A DNA stretch of 63,152 nt. It comes from an uncultured Chitinophagaceae bacterium (GTDB taxonomy: Bacteria > Bacteroidota > Bacteroidia > Chitinophagales > CAIOSU01). The position numbers and the translations under genes were made by a program. This document shows positions 18,425-27,288 of the stretch, in pieces (within the stretch, counting starts at the first letter, position 1; every line of letters begins with the position of its first letter). Under the pieces are notes generated by a model. The model did no database searches and was not told the DNA's origin. It worked only from the letters and a program-made list of their open reading frames with translations. Where the stretch lies: assembly GCA_964502525.1 (NCBI GenBank), contig CAZCXH010000005.1, positions 1-63,152 of the forward strand, in the 5' to 3' direction.

Positions 18425-19567
18425 TTATTTTCTGAAATAAATTTTTTGCAGCCATCTTTTAAAAAGCGGATCAAGCAGGATGATTTTCTGACCAAGCGTG
18501 TCAATGATTTCCTTGTTGGCAAGCGCCTGCTTGATGCGGTTGATATTGCCCGATGTGCCCAGCCGGTAAGCGGTGATGATTTCCTGCGAGCTGAACTGCT
18601 CCACCTCATCGCACATGGCCCTCAAGAAATTCACCTGTGTGTTGGAAAGCCCGTCAACCATTGACTGGAATAAGACACTGTTCTGTGCGAGCATCGCTTC
18701 AAAAGCAGCATCCAATGTCTTTCCATCGCAATTTTTAGATGTACGCAACCAGCAATTCTGCGCAAACTGCTGCACGTAGAAAGGGTGGTTTTCCATCGAA
18801 TCAGCAACCCTTCCCGCAAGTTCGGGGCTTATTTTTTTCCCGGTGTCTGAAAATCTTTTCACAATGAATTTCTCCCAATATTCTTTGGCGATCTTTTCGA
18901 GGAACATCACGTCACCGAATTTATAAAACGGCATCGAGGGACTGGAGAATACTTCCATCAGCACGTGCCGCTTGCTTCCATACAGGCAGTAAGATGCGCG
19001 CTTGTGATGCTGCCAGTGCGCGCGCAGCTTTTTTTGCAGCGCCAGGGGATCATCGAAGTGGGCGATGTTCTGGAATTCGTCAATGCACACGATGACGGAT
19101 ATTCCTTTTTCCTTCGAAATAGTTTCCGGCAGGTTGATGATCTCATCGGGATGCCTCTTGACATCTTTCCAGTCAAGACTGAAGGAAAATTCCTGCAGGG
19201 GATCGGGGCTGAGGTTGATCTTCGGGATGATGTTGCGGAAAAATTGCTTCGTATCCTTCATCCGCTCCTCCCATTTTGTTGACGAAGCCTTGATGAGCTG
19301 TTCGGCAAGCATTTGATAAAACCCCTCTTCCGTCCTCACGTTGAACAGGTCAATAAAGCAAAAAATGATTTTTTGGTTTTTACCCCCTGCATCCTTTGCA
19401 GCTTTCGCCACCAATGACGATTTCCCCCACCTCCTCGGAGACACGAGGATGGTATTGATCCCGGAGGTAAAATTTCCAGCCAGATGCTCCCGTTCGCTCT
19501 CCCGGTCGGTAAAGTCAGCTCCCGAGGCTATTCTGCCGAAAATAAATGGAACCCGTTTTTCTGCCAT
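18425..19567 (-). CDS. AAA-type ATP-binding protein (archaeal-ATPase/DUF234-like)
   Basis: It has a Walker A PRRWGKSSL and a Walker B-like VIVCIDEFQ. The ATG at 19567 (MAEKRVPFIFGR) is preferred over the TTG at 19588. Confidence 0.7.
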   Translation of the reverse strand: MAEKRVPFIFGRIASGADFTDRESEREHLAGNFTSGINTILVSPRRWGKSSLVAKAAKDAGGKNQKIIFCFIDLFNVRTEEGFYQMLAEQLIKASSTKWEERMKDTKQFFRNIIPKINLSPDPLQEFSFSLDWKDVKRHPDEIINLPETISKEKGISVIVCIDEFQNIAHFDDPLALQKKLRAHWQHHKRASYCLYGSKRHVLMEVFSSPSMPFYKFGDVMFLEKIAKEYWEKFIVKRFSDTGKKISPELAGRVADSMENHPFYVQQFAQNCWLRTSKNCDGKTLDAAFEAMLAQNSVLFQSMVDGLSNTQVNFLRAMCDEVEQFSSQEIITAYRLGTSGNINRIKQALANKEIIDTLGQKIILLDPLFKRWLQKIYFRK

Positions 19568-19591
19568 CTGCCGAAGATTATGAGGCAAAGA

Positions 19592-19644
19592 TAACTTACA
19601 ACTTTGTAACTTACAACTTTGTAACTTACAACATTGTAAGTTTG
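19592..19644. promoter_or_regulatory. tandem 15-bp repeats containing palindromic TTGTAAnTTACAA boxes (operator-like)
   Basis: The unit TAACTTACAACTTTG is present three times. TTGTAACTTACAA is at 19604-19616 and 19619-19631. An 8-bp inverted repeat, ACTTACAA..TTGTAAGT, spans 19624-19641. The array lies 25-77 nt upstream of the ATPase ATG and directly after the TBDR stop. Confidence 0.5.
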
Positions 19645-19645
19645 T

Positions 19646-22447
19646 TCAGAACTCATGGGCCAACCTTACCATTGACAGCCTGCCGATGTGAGGCGCACCG
19701 GGAAACGGCTGATAATTGCTCCCGATAAGATTCTGAATGCTCAATGCTATTTCCGTCTTTTTGGAGAACCATAGTTTGTAAGTGAGGTTCAAATCAAGAA
19801 CATTGTAAGCCTCGACCGGACCGACATACACGCCTGAGTTTGCCGGAAAGCCCTGTTGCCAGCGCCAGCGCAAGCCTGCTTCCAAGCCGATCTTCTCGAT
19901 GTTATAGCTCGCGTTCAATGCTATTTTATTTTTCGGGGCATTCAGCGCAATGTAACCGAACTGCGCTTCTTCATCAGGGATGGAATCTTCGCTCATCCAT
20001 GAGTAGGATGCGCCCAGACGGAAGCCTTTGGTGACAAAGAATGTCGCGCCAATATCAATTCCATAGACTGTCAGGTCTCCAATGTTGCTATAGGAGAGGA
20101 TCATTTCACCCTTCTTGTTTTCTACGGGGGTAACGGTGCCAAAGGGCAGCCCGGAAAATATCCTGATGAATTCATCATCCACCCTGCCATCGCTGTTTCC
20201 CAACTCAGGATTCTTGTCAAGGAACTCTTCAAGAACGCTTATAAATATATAATCATCTTCCGGACCGGGTGATGACCCATAGAGGTTAAATGTTATTGAA
20301 TCGGCAAAGCCTTCCGGGGCAACGAATACTCCGGGCGAAACCAGCGAAATGGCGCTGATGAACCGCTTTTTATCCATCCTGTAAAAATCTGCCGTGAGCA
20401 TCAGCCGGTCGAACAGCATTCCTTTGTAGCCAATCTCATAACTCTGGGTGATTGCATTCGTCAGCGGCTTCACGTCTTTGATTTTTGCCGGATCAATAGT
20501 TCCGCGGAAACGGAACTCAGTGAGATCAAGCGATTTGATGATGTTGAGAGCGGTATCGAGATTCTCAGGGACGATCGTGTTGACAAGACCACGAGCCAGA
20601 TTTTCAGGAAATCCCTGGGCGCTGAACTGCTCTATCACCACATCCTTGATTGCATCAAAGCCCAGTTCTGTCAGGATCGGATCGTTCAGATTATTGTAGG
20701 CTGCCGGATTGGAGCCAAGAGGGGAGAGGTATTGAGGAAGGGTGGGGGTGCCTTCTACGTAAGGATTGTTCGCATACTGATAATTGAACCCGTCACGGTT
20801 GCCCTCAGCCATAATAGGGATGTTAATATAGGGAACATATCCCTGTATCACGTCTAAACTCAGATTGGTGCTGCCCGGTGAATCAAACGCCCTGTTGTAA
20901 GTGGCGCGCAGCGTGTGTTTCTCAGTGGGCTTGTAAACGAAGGCAGCGCGGGGAGAGAAGAAAATGCCGTTAACGAAAGTGTGATAGTCGCCACGAACCG
21001 CTCCCACCAGCGTGATTTTTTTATGGACGTCAAAGTCGCCCTGCAGGTACAAGCCCAATTCATTGATGTTGTCATCATCCTCATTTTTGCCATAAAGCGT
21101 GCGGTCGGTATTCGGGTTGGTGATGAAGGCGTCACCGCCATAGGTGAAACGTATTTGTTCAATCGGCTTCCAGCTATGCTGCAGTTGTATTACGAAGAAT
21201 TTGCTCTTGTCAATCACCCGGTTGCCGCTGCGCAGCAGGCGCGTGTCGCCCGAGTTGGAGAAGTTGGAATAAAACTGGGCGAACAATTCTTTCCATTTGA
21301 ACCGCGCCTGGGCGTAGAAATATTTCCAGTTGATTACCTGTGAGGCGCCCAGCCCTGTCATTTCCACGTTGGAGCCGTTGCGGAAGCCGCCCGAGAAAAT
21401 CAGCTCCGTTTGCGGACGCAGGCGGCAGTCAATACGGGCATCCGCGCTGTAGGAGATGATGTTATTATCACGGCTGTTGTCAACAGGTCCTTCGATAGTG
21501 TCGTTGCCTTCGGCAGTCTGGCGAATCACAAAGACGGTGTCAGGTTCCGCAGGATCAACGTAGGGCCAGTCGTCTCCGTTGAAATAATTGCCGGATATTT
21601 TATATCCTACTTTTTTGCTGATTTTGCCGCCATGCCACACGTTGGCGCTCCACACATCACGGTTGCCCCAGTCGCGCGTTGAGTCATCCTGCTGCCCTTC
21701 TATGCCGTACGCCATTGTCGCTCTGGTTTTGAATTTCTCCTTCATGTCGAGTGGCGACTTGGTGATGATATGCACCACACCGCTTGCTGCATTCGGACCA
21801 TACAATGCGGATGCCGGACCCTTCACCACTTCGATACGCTCGATGTCTTCCGTACTGGTGGGGATGAGTTGGAAGGCATTCACGCGCAGCGAAGGCACAC
21901 TGCCGATGCGGTTATCCACCGCTGTGAACAGTGAGGCGGAGAACACGTTGTTGAACCCGCGTGTCACCACGTTGCCGCTCACAAGGCTTGTCGGGATGAT
22001 GTCAACACCAGGAGTGCCTTCGATATTTTTAAAGAGGTTGATGGGAATGCTGTTGCGGATTTGTGCCGCATTTACCACCGTTATCGCTGATGGAGAATTA
22101 AGGATTTTCTCCTCGCGCTTCGAGCCGCTGATTACCACCTGATCGAGGTCAACCTCGGTTTCGCCCAACGCAATGCTCAACGGAACCTTAATTTCCGTTG
22201 CTGGAATTTCTTTTTCGGAAAATCCGATAAACGTAAATATCAGCGCTGAGGCATCAGACGGTAATTCCAAAGAGAAACTCCCGTTAATATCCGTGATTGT
22301 TCCGGTTGTTGTTCCTTTTACCTTCACGCTGACTCCTACCAGAGGTTCCCCGTTTCTGGCGTCAGTGACGATTCCGGTGACGATTTGCTGGGAATATGCC
22401 GCACAAAACAGGCAGCACAGGGTGATGACTAGCAAAATATTTCTCAT
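19646..22447 (-). CDS. TonB-dependent receptor with CarboxypepD_reg-like N-domain
   Basis: The start at M48 gives the signal peptide MRNILLVITLCCLFCAAYSQQ. A carboxypeptidase-regulatory-like domain (VTGIVTDARNGEPLVGVSVKVKGTT) and a plug follow, then a beta-barrel ending in a terminal aromatic residue (..LAHEF). Confidence 0.85.
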   Translation of the reverse strand: MRNILLVITLCCLFCAAYSQQIVTGIVTDARNGEPLVGVSVKVKGTTTGTITDINGSFSLELPSDASALIFTFIGFSEKEIPATEIKVPLSIALGETEVDLDQVVISGSKREEKILNSPSAITVVNAAQIRNSIPINLFKNIEGTPGVDIIPTSLVSGNVVTRGFNNVFSASLFTAVDNRIGSVPSLRVNAFQLIPTSTEDIERIEVVKGPASALYGPNAASGVVHIITKSPLDMKEKFKTRATMAYGIEGQQDDSTRDWGNRDVWSANVWHGGKISKKVGYKISGNYFNGDDWPYVDPAEPDTVFVIRQTAEGNDTIEGPVDNSRDNNIISYSADARIDCRLRPQTELIFSGGFRNGSNVEMTGLGASQVINWKYFYAQARFKWKELFAQFYSNFSNSGDTRLLRSGNRVIDKSKFFVIQLQHSWKPIEQIRFTYGGDAFITNPNTDRTLYGKNEDDDNINELGLYLQGDFDVHKKITLVGAVRGDYHTFVNGIFFSPRAAFVYKPTEKHTLRATYNRAFDSPGSTNLSLDVIQGYVPYINIPIMAEGNRDGFNYQYANNPYVEGTPTLPQYLSPLGSNPAAYNNLNDPILTELGFDAIKDVVIEQFSAQGFPENLARGLVNTIVPENLDTALNIIKSLDLTEFRFRGTIDPAKIKDVKPLTNAITQSYEIGYKGMLFDRLMLTADFYRMDKKRFISAISLVSPGVFVAPEGFADSITFNLYGSSPGPEDDYIFISVLEEFLDKNPELGNSDGRVDDEFIRIFSGLPFGTVTPVENKKGEMILSYSNIGDLTVYGIDIGATFFVTKGFRLGASYSWMSEDSIPDEEAQFGYIALNAPKNKIALNASYNIEKIGLEAGLRWRWQQGFPANSGVYVGPVEAYNVLDLNLTYKLWFSKKTEIALSIQNLIGSNYQPFPGAPHIGRLSMVRLAHEF

Positions 22448-22673
22448 AGGCATTCCCAAAATAAGGTTTCGTCTTGAGGCTGCCAAATTAGAAATAATTG
22501 TTATCTCGAAACAAGTGAAAAATGAACTATAGACGGCCCGAAGGACGCACATCAAAGCAGAATGGCTTTCATCAGGAATCAGCGTCATCCGCGGTAAAAA
22601 TTTTCAGCCGTTATGGAAAAATCCAACCATCCGCATCTTCAATTCCAAACCATTCATTCACTTCTAAAAATTT

Positions 22674-25049
22674 ATGCTTATGAAAAACCAATTTCAAAAA
22701 ATGAAGATAGCGCTGCTTTCGGCAGGAATATTTCTTATCCCGGCTGTTGCGACCTTTAGTTGCAATGCTCAGGGTAGAATTATAGAAAGCGGGAATACCG
22801 ATGATAAAACGCTCTCTCCCTATTTTTTCGTAAAAAGCGACAATCCCGATGTTGACCAGATGCCGCTGAAAGAAACATCGGCAGAAGTGAATATCGCAGG
22901 GGTGATTGCCAATGTGGTCGTGAAGCAGGTGTATTTTAATTCGGGCAAGAAAACCCTCGAAGCGATTTACATTTTTCCGGGTTCTACACGGGCGGCAGTG
23001 TATGCGATGAGGATGAGAGTGGGTGAAAGAATCTTAACTGCAAAGATTGATGAGCGTGAAAAAGCGCGGAAAGATTATGAAGCCGCTAAGCAACAAGGCA
23101 AAACCACTTCGCTGCTGGAACAGCAGCGTCCTAATGTTTTTCAGATGAACGTTGCCAATATCCTTCCCGGAGATACCATCACCGTTGAGTTGAAATATAC
23201 GGAATCGCTGGTTCCGGAAAGCGGTATTTACGAGTTTGTTTATCCAACGGTGGTTGGTCCTAGATATTCCAATCAGCCGGTGGCGACCGCATCAGTTTCC
23301 GAGTTTTGGGTGGAGAATCCCTATACGCATTCGGGAGAAAAGCCATCTTACAAGTTTGACATCAGCGCCACTATCAATGCCGGAATGCCAATCAAGGAAG
23401 TAACCTGTTCTTCGCATGACGTCAAAGTGAATTTTACCGGAAAATCAAGCGCGACAGTTTTGCTGAAAAACGATGAGAGTCACAGCGGCAACCGCGACTA
23501 TATCCTGAAGTACAGACTTGCCGGCTCGATGGTTGAATCGGGAGTGTTGTTGTATAAAGGCGAAAAAGAAAATTTCTTCCTCGCCATGCTGCAGCCGCCA
23601 CAGCGCGTGATGCCCGACCAAATCCCGGGGAGGGAATACATTTTTATCGTTGACGTTTCCGGCTCGATGTATGGTTATCCGCTTGAAATCTCCAAGAAGC
23701 TGCTGAAAGATTTGATCGGCAGCCTGCGCCCGACAGACAAATTCAACGTGTTGCTTTTTGCAGGCGGAAATTCGGTGATGTCGGAAAAATCGCTTGCAGC
23801 CACGAAAGAGAATATCAACAAAGCGGTTCATCTTATAGAAAACCAGCAGGGTGGAGGAGGAACGGAATTGCTGCCTGCATTGCAGCGGGCAATGAACATA
23901 CCCAAGCAGGAAGATTTCTCGCGGACGGTTGTGATCGCAACGGATGGTTATGTCACCGTTGAAAAAGAGGCGTTCGATTTGATCCGCAACAACCTCGGCA
24001 ATTCCAATTTCTTCACGTTCGGAATTGGCACAAGCGTGAACCGCTACATCATCGAAGGCATGGCAAGGGTTGGGAATGGAGAGCCTTTTGTGATAACGGA
24101 AGAAGGCGAGGCAGCGGCTAAGGCTGATAAATTCAGGGAATACATTCAAAGCCCCGTGCTGACGAACGTGAAAGTTGATTTCGGAAAATTCGAAGTGTAT
24201 GACGTGGAGCCGGTGAATATTTCAGATATGCTTGCTGAACGCCCTGTGCTGGTTTTCGGAAAATGGAAAGGCGATCCTCTTGGGACAATGAAGTTTACCG
24301 GCATTACGGGTGAAAAAAATTATGAGGCATGCCTCGAAGTGAATTCGGGGTTGGCGGGCACAGACAATTCGGCATTGAAGTATTTGTGGGCGCGGCAGAA
24401 AATCGCATTGCTCGATGATTATGGAAAATTTGGAAGCGATCAGGATTTGATCAATCAGGTCACGCAACTCGGATTGGAGTACAACCTGCTTACGGCTTAC
24501 ACTTCATTCATTGCGATTGATTCAGTGGTGCGGGGAGATGGTAAAGTGATAGCCGTGAAACAGCCGCTGCCCTTGCCTGAAGGCGTTTCTGATTACGCGG
24601 TTGGGACTCCGGGCAGCATTACCACTTATGGGGGCATAGGAAACTATGCGCCAAAAATGAAGTTGCAATACAATATGTCTGTTGCTGAAACCGCTTATGA
24701 GGAAAAATCAGAAGATGATTCTGATGGCGACTCGGTTTTCATGACGGTCGAGCAGATGCCGGAATTTTCTGGAGGAGGACAGCAAAGCATGATAAATTTT
24801 ATCCAGCAGAATCTGCATTATCCGGATAATGCCAAAGCGAAGAAAATAGAAGGCATTGTTTACGTCAGCTTCGTTGTTGATGAAACCGGCAAAATCACGG
24901 ATGTGAAAGTTGAAAAAGGCATGTCAAAGGAATTGGATGCGGAAGCCGTTCGGGTGGTTAAAAAAATGCCACCATGGAAACCGGGCATGCAAAAAGGCAA
25001 AGCGGTGAAAACGAGGATGGTGTTGCCGATAAAATTTTCATTGTCCTGA
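22674..25049 (+). CDS. VIT + von Willebrand factor A + TonB C-terminal domain fusion protein
   Basis: It has a signal peptide, a VIT-like N-domain, a vWA MIDAS motif (DVSGSM) and a C-terminal TonB_C-like module (MPEFSGGGQQSMINFIQQNLHYP...GIVYVSFVVDETGKITDVKV). Confidence 0.8.
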   Translation: MLMKNQFQKMKIALLSAGIFLIPAVATFSCNAQGRIIESGNTDDKTLSPYFFVKSDNPDVDQMPLKETSAEVNIAGVIANVVVKQVYFNSGKKTLEAIYIFPGSTRAAVYAMRMRVGERILTAKIDEREKARKDYEAAKQQGKTTSLLEQQRPNVFQMNVANILPGDTITVELKYTESLVPESGIYEFVYPTVVGPRYSNQPVATASVSEFWVENPYTHSGEKPSYKFDISATINAGMPIKEVTCSSHDVKVNFTGKSSATVLLKNDESHSGNRDYILKYRLAGSMVESGVLLYKGEKENFFLAMLQPPQRVMPDQIPGREYIFIVDVSGSMYGYPLEISKKLLKDLIGSLRPTDKFNVLLFAGGNSVMSEKSLAATKENINKAVHLIENQQGGGGTELLPALQRAMNIPKQEDFSRTVVIATDGYVTVEKEAFDLIRNNLGNSNFFTFGIGTSVNRYIIEGMARVGNGEPFVITEEGEAAAKADKFREYIQSPVLTNVKVDFGKFEVYDVEPVNISDMLAERPVLVFGKWKGDPLGTMKFTGITGEKNYEACLEVNSGLAGTDNSALKYLWARQKIALLDDYGKFGSDQDLINQVTQLGLEYNLLTAYTSFIAIDSVVRGDGKVIAVKQPLPLPEGVSDYAVGTPGSITTYGGIGNYAPKMKLQYNMSVAETAYEEKSEDDSDGDSVFMTVEQMPEFSGGGQQSMINFIQQNLHYPDNAKAKKIEGIVYVSFVVDETGKITDVKVEKGMSKELDAEAVRVVKKMPPWKPGMQKGKAVKTRMVLPIKFSLS

Positions 25050-25072
25050 TATTTTTCGGAGCATAGCGGCTG

Positions 25073-25105
25073 AAAGGGGGTGTCCAAAAAGGACATCCCT
25101 TTTTT
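25073..25105 (+). terminator. intrinsic terminator
   Basis: Stem GGGGGTGTCC / GGACATCCC(TT) with G-U wobbles and an AAAAA loop, followed by a T-run, 24 nt after the stop at 25049. Confidence 0.55.
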
Positions 25106-25169
25106 GCCTTTTGTGTATTGCTTTGGAGCGCTTATCACGAGAGATGATTACTTTCGCCAAAATCCCGTT

Positions 25170-25607
25170 ATGTATCCTGTCGTATTGCAAACGCATTCTG
25201 TAATGCGCTACTTAGTGCTGCTGATGCTGGTGGTGGTGATTGTCCGTTTCATATTCGCCAAAATTTTTAAAAGACAGTACAACAACCTTGATGACAAATT
25301 AAATCTCATCACACTCCTGTTCGTGCACCTTCAATTCCTGCTGGGACTGGCATTGTTTTTTATTAGTCCCCTTATTGCTTCTGCGATGTCAAACATGGCG
25401 GCAGCCATGAAAGAGCCGGAACTGAGGTTTTGGTCGGTGGAGCACACTACGCTGATGGTTCTTGCCGTGATTTTAATCACCGTTGGACGGATCAGGTCGA
25501 AGTCCAACGGGTTGCGAAGCGATGAAAAATTCAGAAGGTTGATTATTTTTTATTCGATTGGATTCGTGCTCATTGTTGCAGGAGTGCCGTGGGAGAGAAT
25601 ATTCTAA
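25170..25607 (+). CDS. small 4-TM membrane protein, unknown function
   Basis: I chose the ATG at 25170 (MYPVVLQTHSVMRYLVLLMLVVV). There are four hydrophobic segments and no motif I recognise. Confidence 0.5.
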   Translation: MYPVVLQTHSVMRYLVLLMLVVVIVRFIFAKIFKRQYNNLDDKLNLITLLFVHLQFLLGLALFFISPLIASAMSNMAAAMKEPELRFWSVEHTTLMVLAVILITVGRIRSKSNGLRSDEKFRRLIIFYSIGFVLIVAGVPWERIF

Positions 25608-25698
25608 AAAAAATTATATCCGCCTTGCAGAAAAAACATAACTTGAGTTTCTATTTTTTCATTTTATTCTGGCGAAAAACAAAACAATAATTTTCAAA

Positions 25699-27288
25699 AT
25701 GAATTTGCGGTTTAATAAATTGATTGTTCAGCCGTTCTGTTTGGCCGCTCTGTTGCTGATTGGATCAACCGTTCAGGCTCAGGGAACTGATTCCATAAAT
25801 GTTGTTCCCAATTTGGTATTCGATTCGGAACCTGAAAACCTCGGCAGCAATATCAATTCTGAATATGCCGAAGCCCTGCCTGTGATTGCCCCTGACGGAA
25901 GGAGCATATATTTCGTGAGAAAAAATCATCCCCAAAACTTTGACGCCAATTTCGAGGCGAACGATGATATCTGGTATTCAACCCTCGACAGCAGCGGCAA
26001 CTGGACTCCCGCTGTGAACATAGACTATCCCCTTAACAACAGCCATCACAACTTTGTATGCTCCGTTACGCCTGACGGCAATATGCTTCTGCTCGGCAAC
26101 CAGTATTTCAAAGACGGCTCAACCGCTGGTGGCGCGTCCATTTCCGTGATGGGGAAAAAAGGCTGGGAGTTTCCGAAGAATCTGAAGATCGAAGACTTCC
26201 AAAATAATGCCGCTCATATTGAAATCAGCATGACCGGTGATGGGAAGGCGCTGCTGATGACCATCCAGACGGATGACGCCATCGGTGCCCGGGATATTTA
26301 CGTCAGCCTTCGCAAAGACGAGCATATATGGACAAAACCTCTCAGCCTCGGAGCTGTGGTTAATTCTGCCGGTGATGAAGCAACGCCCTTTTTAGCGTCT
26401 GACGGCAAAACGCTCTACTTCGCCACCGATGGCCGGCCGGGTTATGGAGGCTATGACGTTTTCATGGCAAAACGCCAGGATTCCACATGGACAAATTGGA
26501 GCGAGCCGCTCAACCTGGGCAATGGCATTAACTCGGCTGCGAAAGAAGCTTACTACCGCATCCCCGCATCGGGCGATTACGCCTATTATGTTTCTGAAAA
26601 AAACTCACTGGGAAGCACGGATATTTTCCGGATAAAACTGCCGCAGGAAATTCGCCCCGACCCGGTGGTGCTGGTGTATGGCACCGTTTACAACAAAAAA
26701 ACGCTGAAGCCGATTGGCAATGCGAATGTTAAATATGAAATTTTACCAGGAGGTGAGGAAGCCGGCATAGCGCGCTCCGAGCCTGACAGCGGCACCTACA
26801 AGATAGTGCTGCCCTATGGGAAATTTTACGGCATCCTCGCAAAAGCCGAAGGGTTCATATCGGTTTCCGACAACTTAGACCTTGCTCAGGTGGCGGAATA
26901 CAAAGAGATTCGGAAAGACCTTTATCTCGCGCCCGTGGAAGTAGGGGAGGTGGTGCGGCTGAATAATATTTTCTTCGACTATGACAAAGCCACACTGCGC
27001 CCTGAATCATTTCCCGAATTAGACCGCGTGGTAACTTTTTTGAAAGACAACAGAAAAGTGGAGATTGAACTGTCTGGGCATACGGATAATAGGGGCAGCG
27101 ATGATTACAACCTTTCCCTCTCGCAAAACCGCGCAAAGGCGGTTGTTGATTACATTATCCAGCAAGGCATTGACTCTTCGCGGCTTGTCGCCAAAGGATA
27201 TGGCGAAACAAAGCCCGTTGCATCCAATGACACTGAAGAAGGAATGCAACTGAACAGAAGGGTGCAGTTTGAGATATTGAAGAAGTAA
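25699..27288 (+). CDS. OmpA-family protein with TolB-like beta-propeller repeats
   Basis: It has a signal peptide, repeated TolB/WD40-like units (..PDGRSIYF.., ..SDGKTLYFA..) and a C-terminal OmpA domain (NNIFFDYDKATLRPES...GHTDNRGSDDYNLSLSQNRA...NRRVQFEI). Confidence 0.85.
   Translation: MNLRFNKLIVQPFCLAALLLIGSTVQAQGTDSINVVPNLVFDSEPENLGSNINSEYAEALPVIAPDGRSIYFVRKNHPQNFDANFEANDDIWYSTLDSSGNWTPAVNIDYPLNNSHHNFVCSVTPDGNMLLLGNQYFKDGSTAGGASISVMGKKGWEFPKNLKIEDFQNNAAHIEISMTGDGKALLMTIQTDDAIGARDIYVSLRKDEHIWTKPLSLGAVVNSAGDEATPFLASDGKTLYFATDGRPGYGGYDVFMAKRQDSTWTNWSEPLNLGNGINSAAKEAYYRIPASGDYAYYVSEKNSLGSTDIFRIKLPQEIRPDPVVLVYGTVYNKKTLKPIGNANVKYEILPGGEEAGIARSEPDSGTYKIVLPYGKFYGILAKAEGFISVSDNLDLAQVAEYKEIRKDLYLAPVEVGEVVRLNNIFFDYDKATLRPESFPELDRVVTFLKDNRKVEIELSGHTDNRGSDDYNLSLSQNRAKAVVDYIIQQGIDSSRLVAKGYGETKPVASNDTEEGMQLNRRVQFEILKK

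Noticed and set aside
19592-19644. Possible CRISPR-like array (regularly spaced repeats).
   Set aside because: There are only three contiguous 15-bp units, with no spacers and no cas genes. It is a tandem repeat or operator array, not CRISPR.
22448-22588. 47-codon N-terminal extension of the TonB-dependent receptor ORF.
   Set aside because: A canonical signal peptide begins at the internal ATG (22447). The upstream part has no signal-like features and lies in the divergent promoter region.
23445-24149. 234-aa antisense ORF. Similar long antisense ORFs are at 13824-14387, 50504-50974, 62265-62870 and 46054-46509.
   Set aside because: Each lies entirely within, and opposite to, a gene with strong family motifs. 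Their sequences are low-complexity or Arg/His-rich, which is typical of antisense frames.
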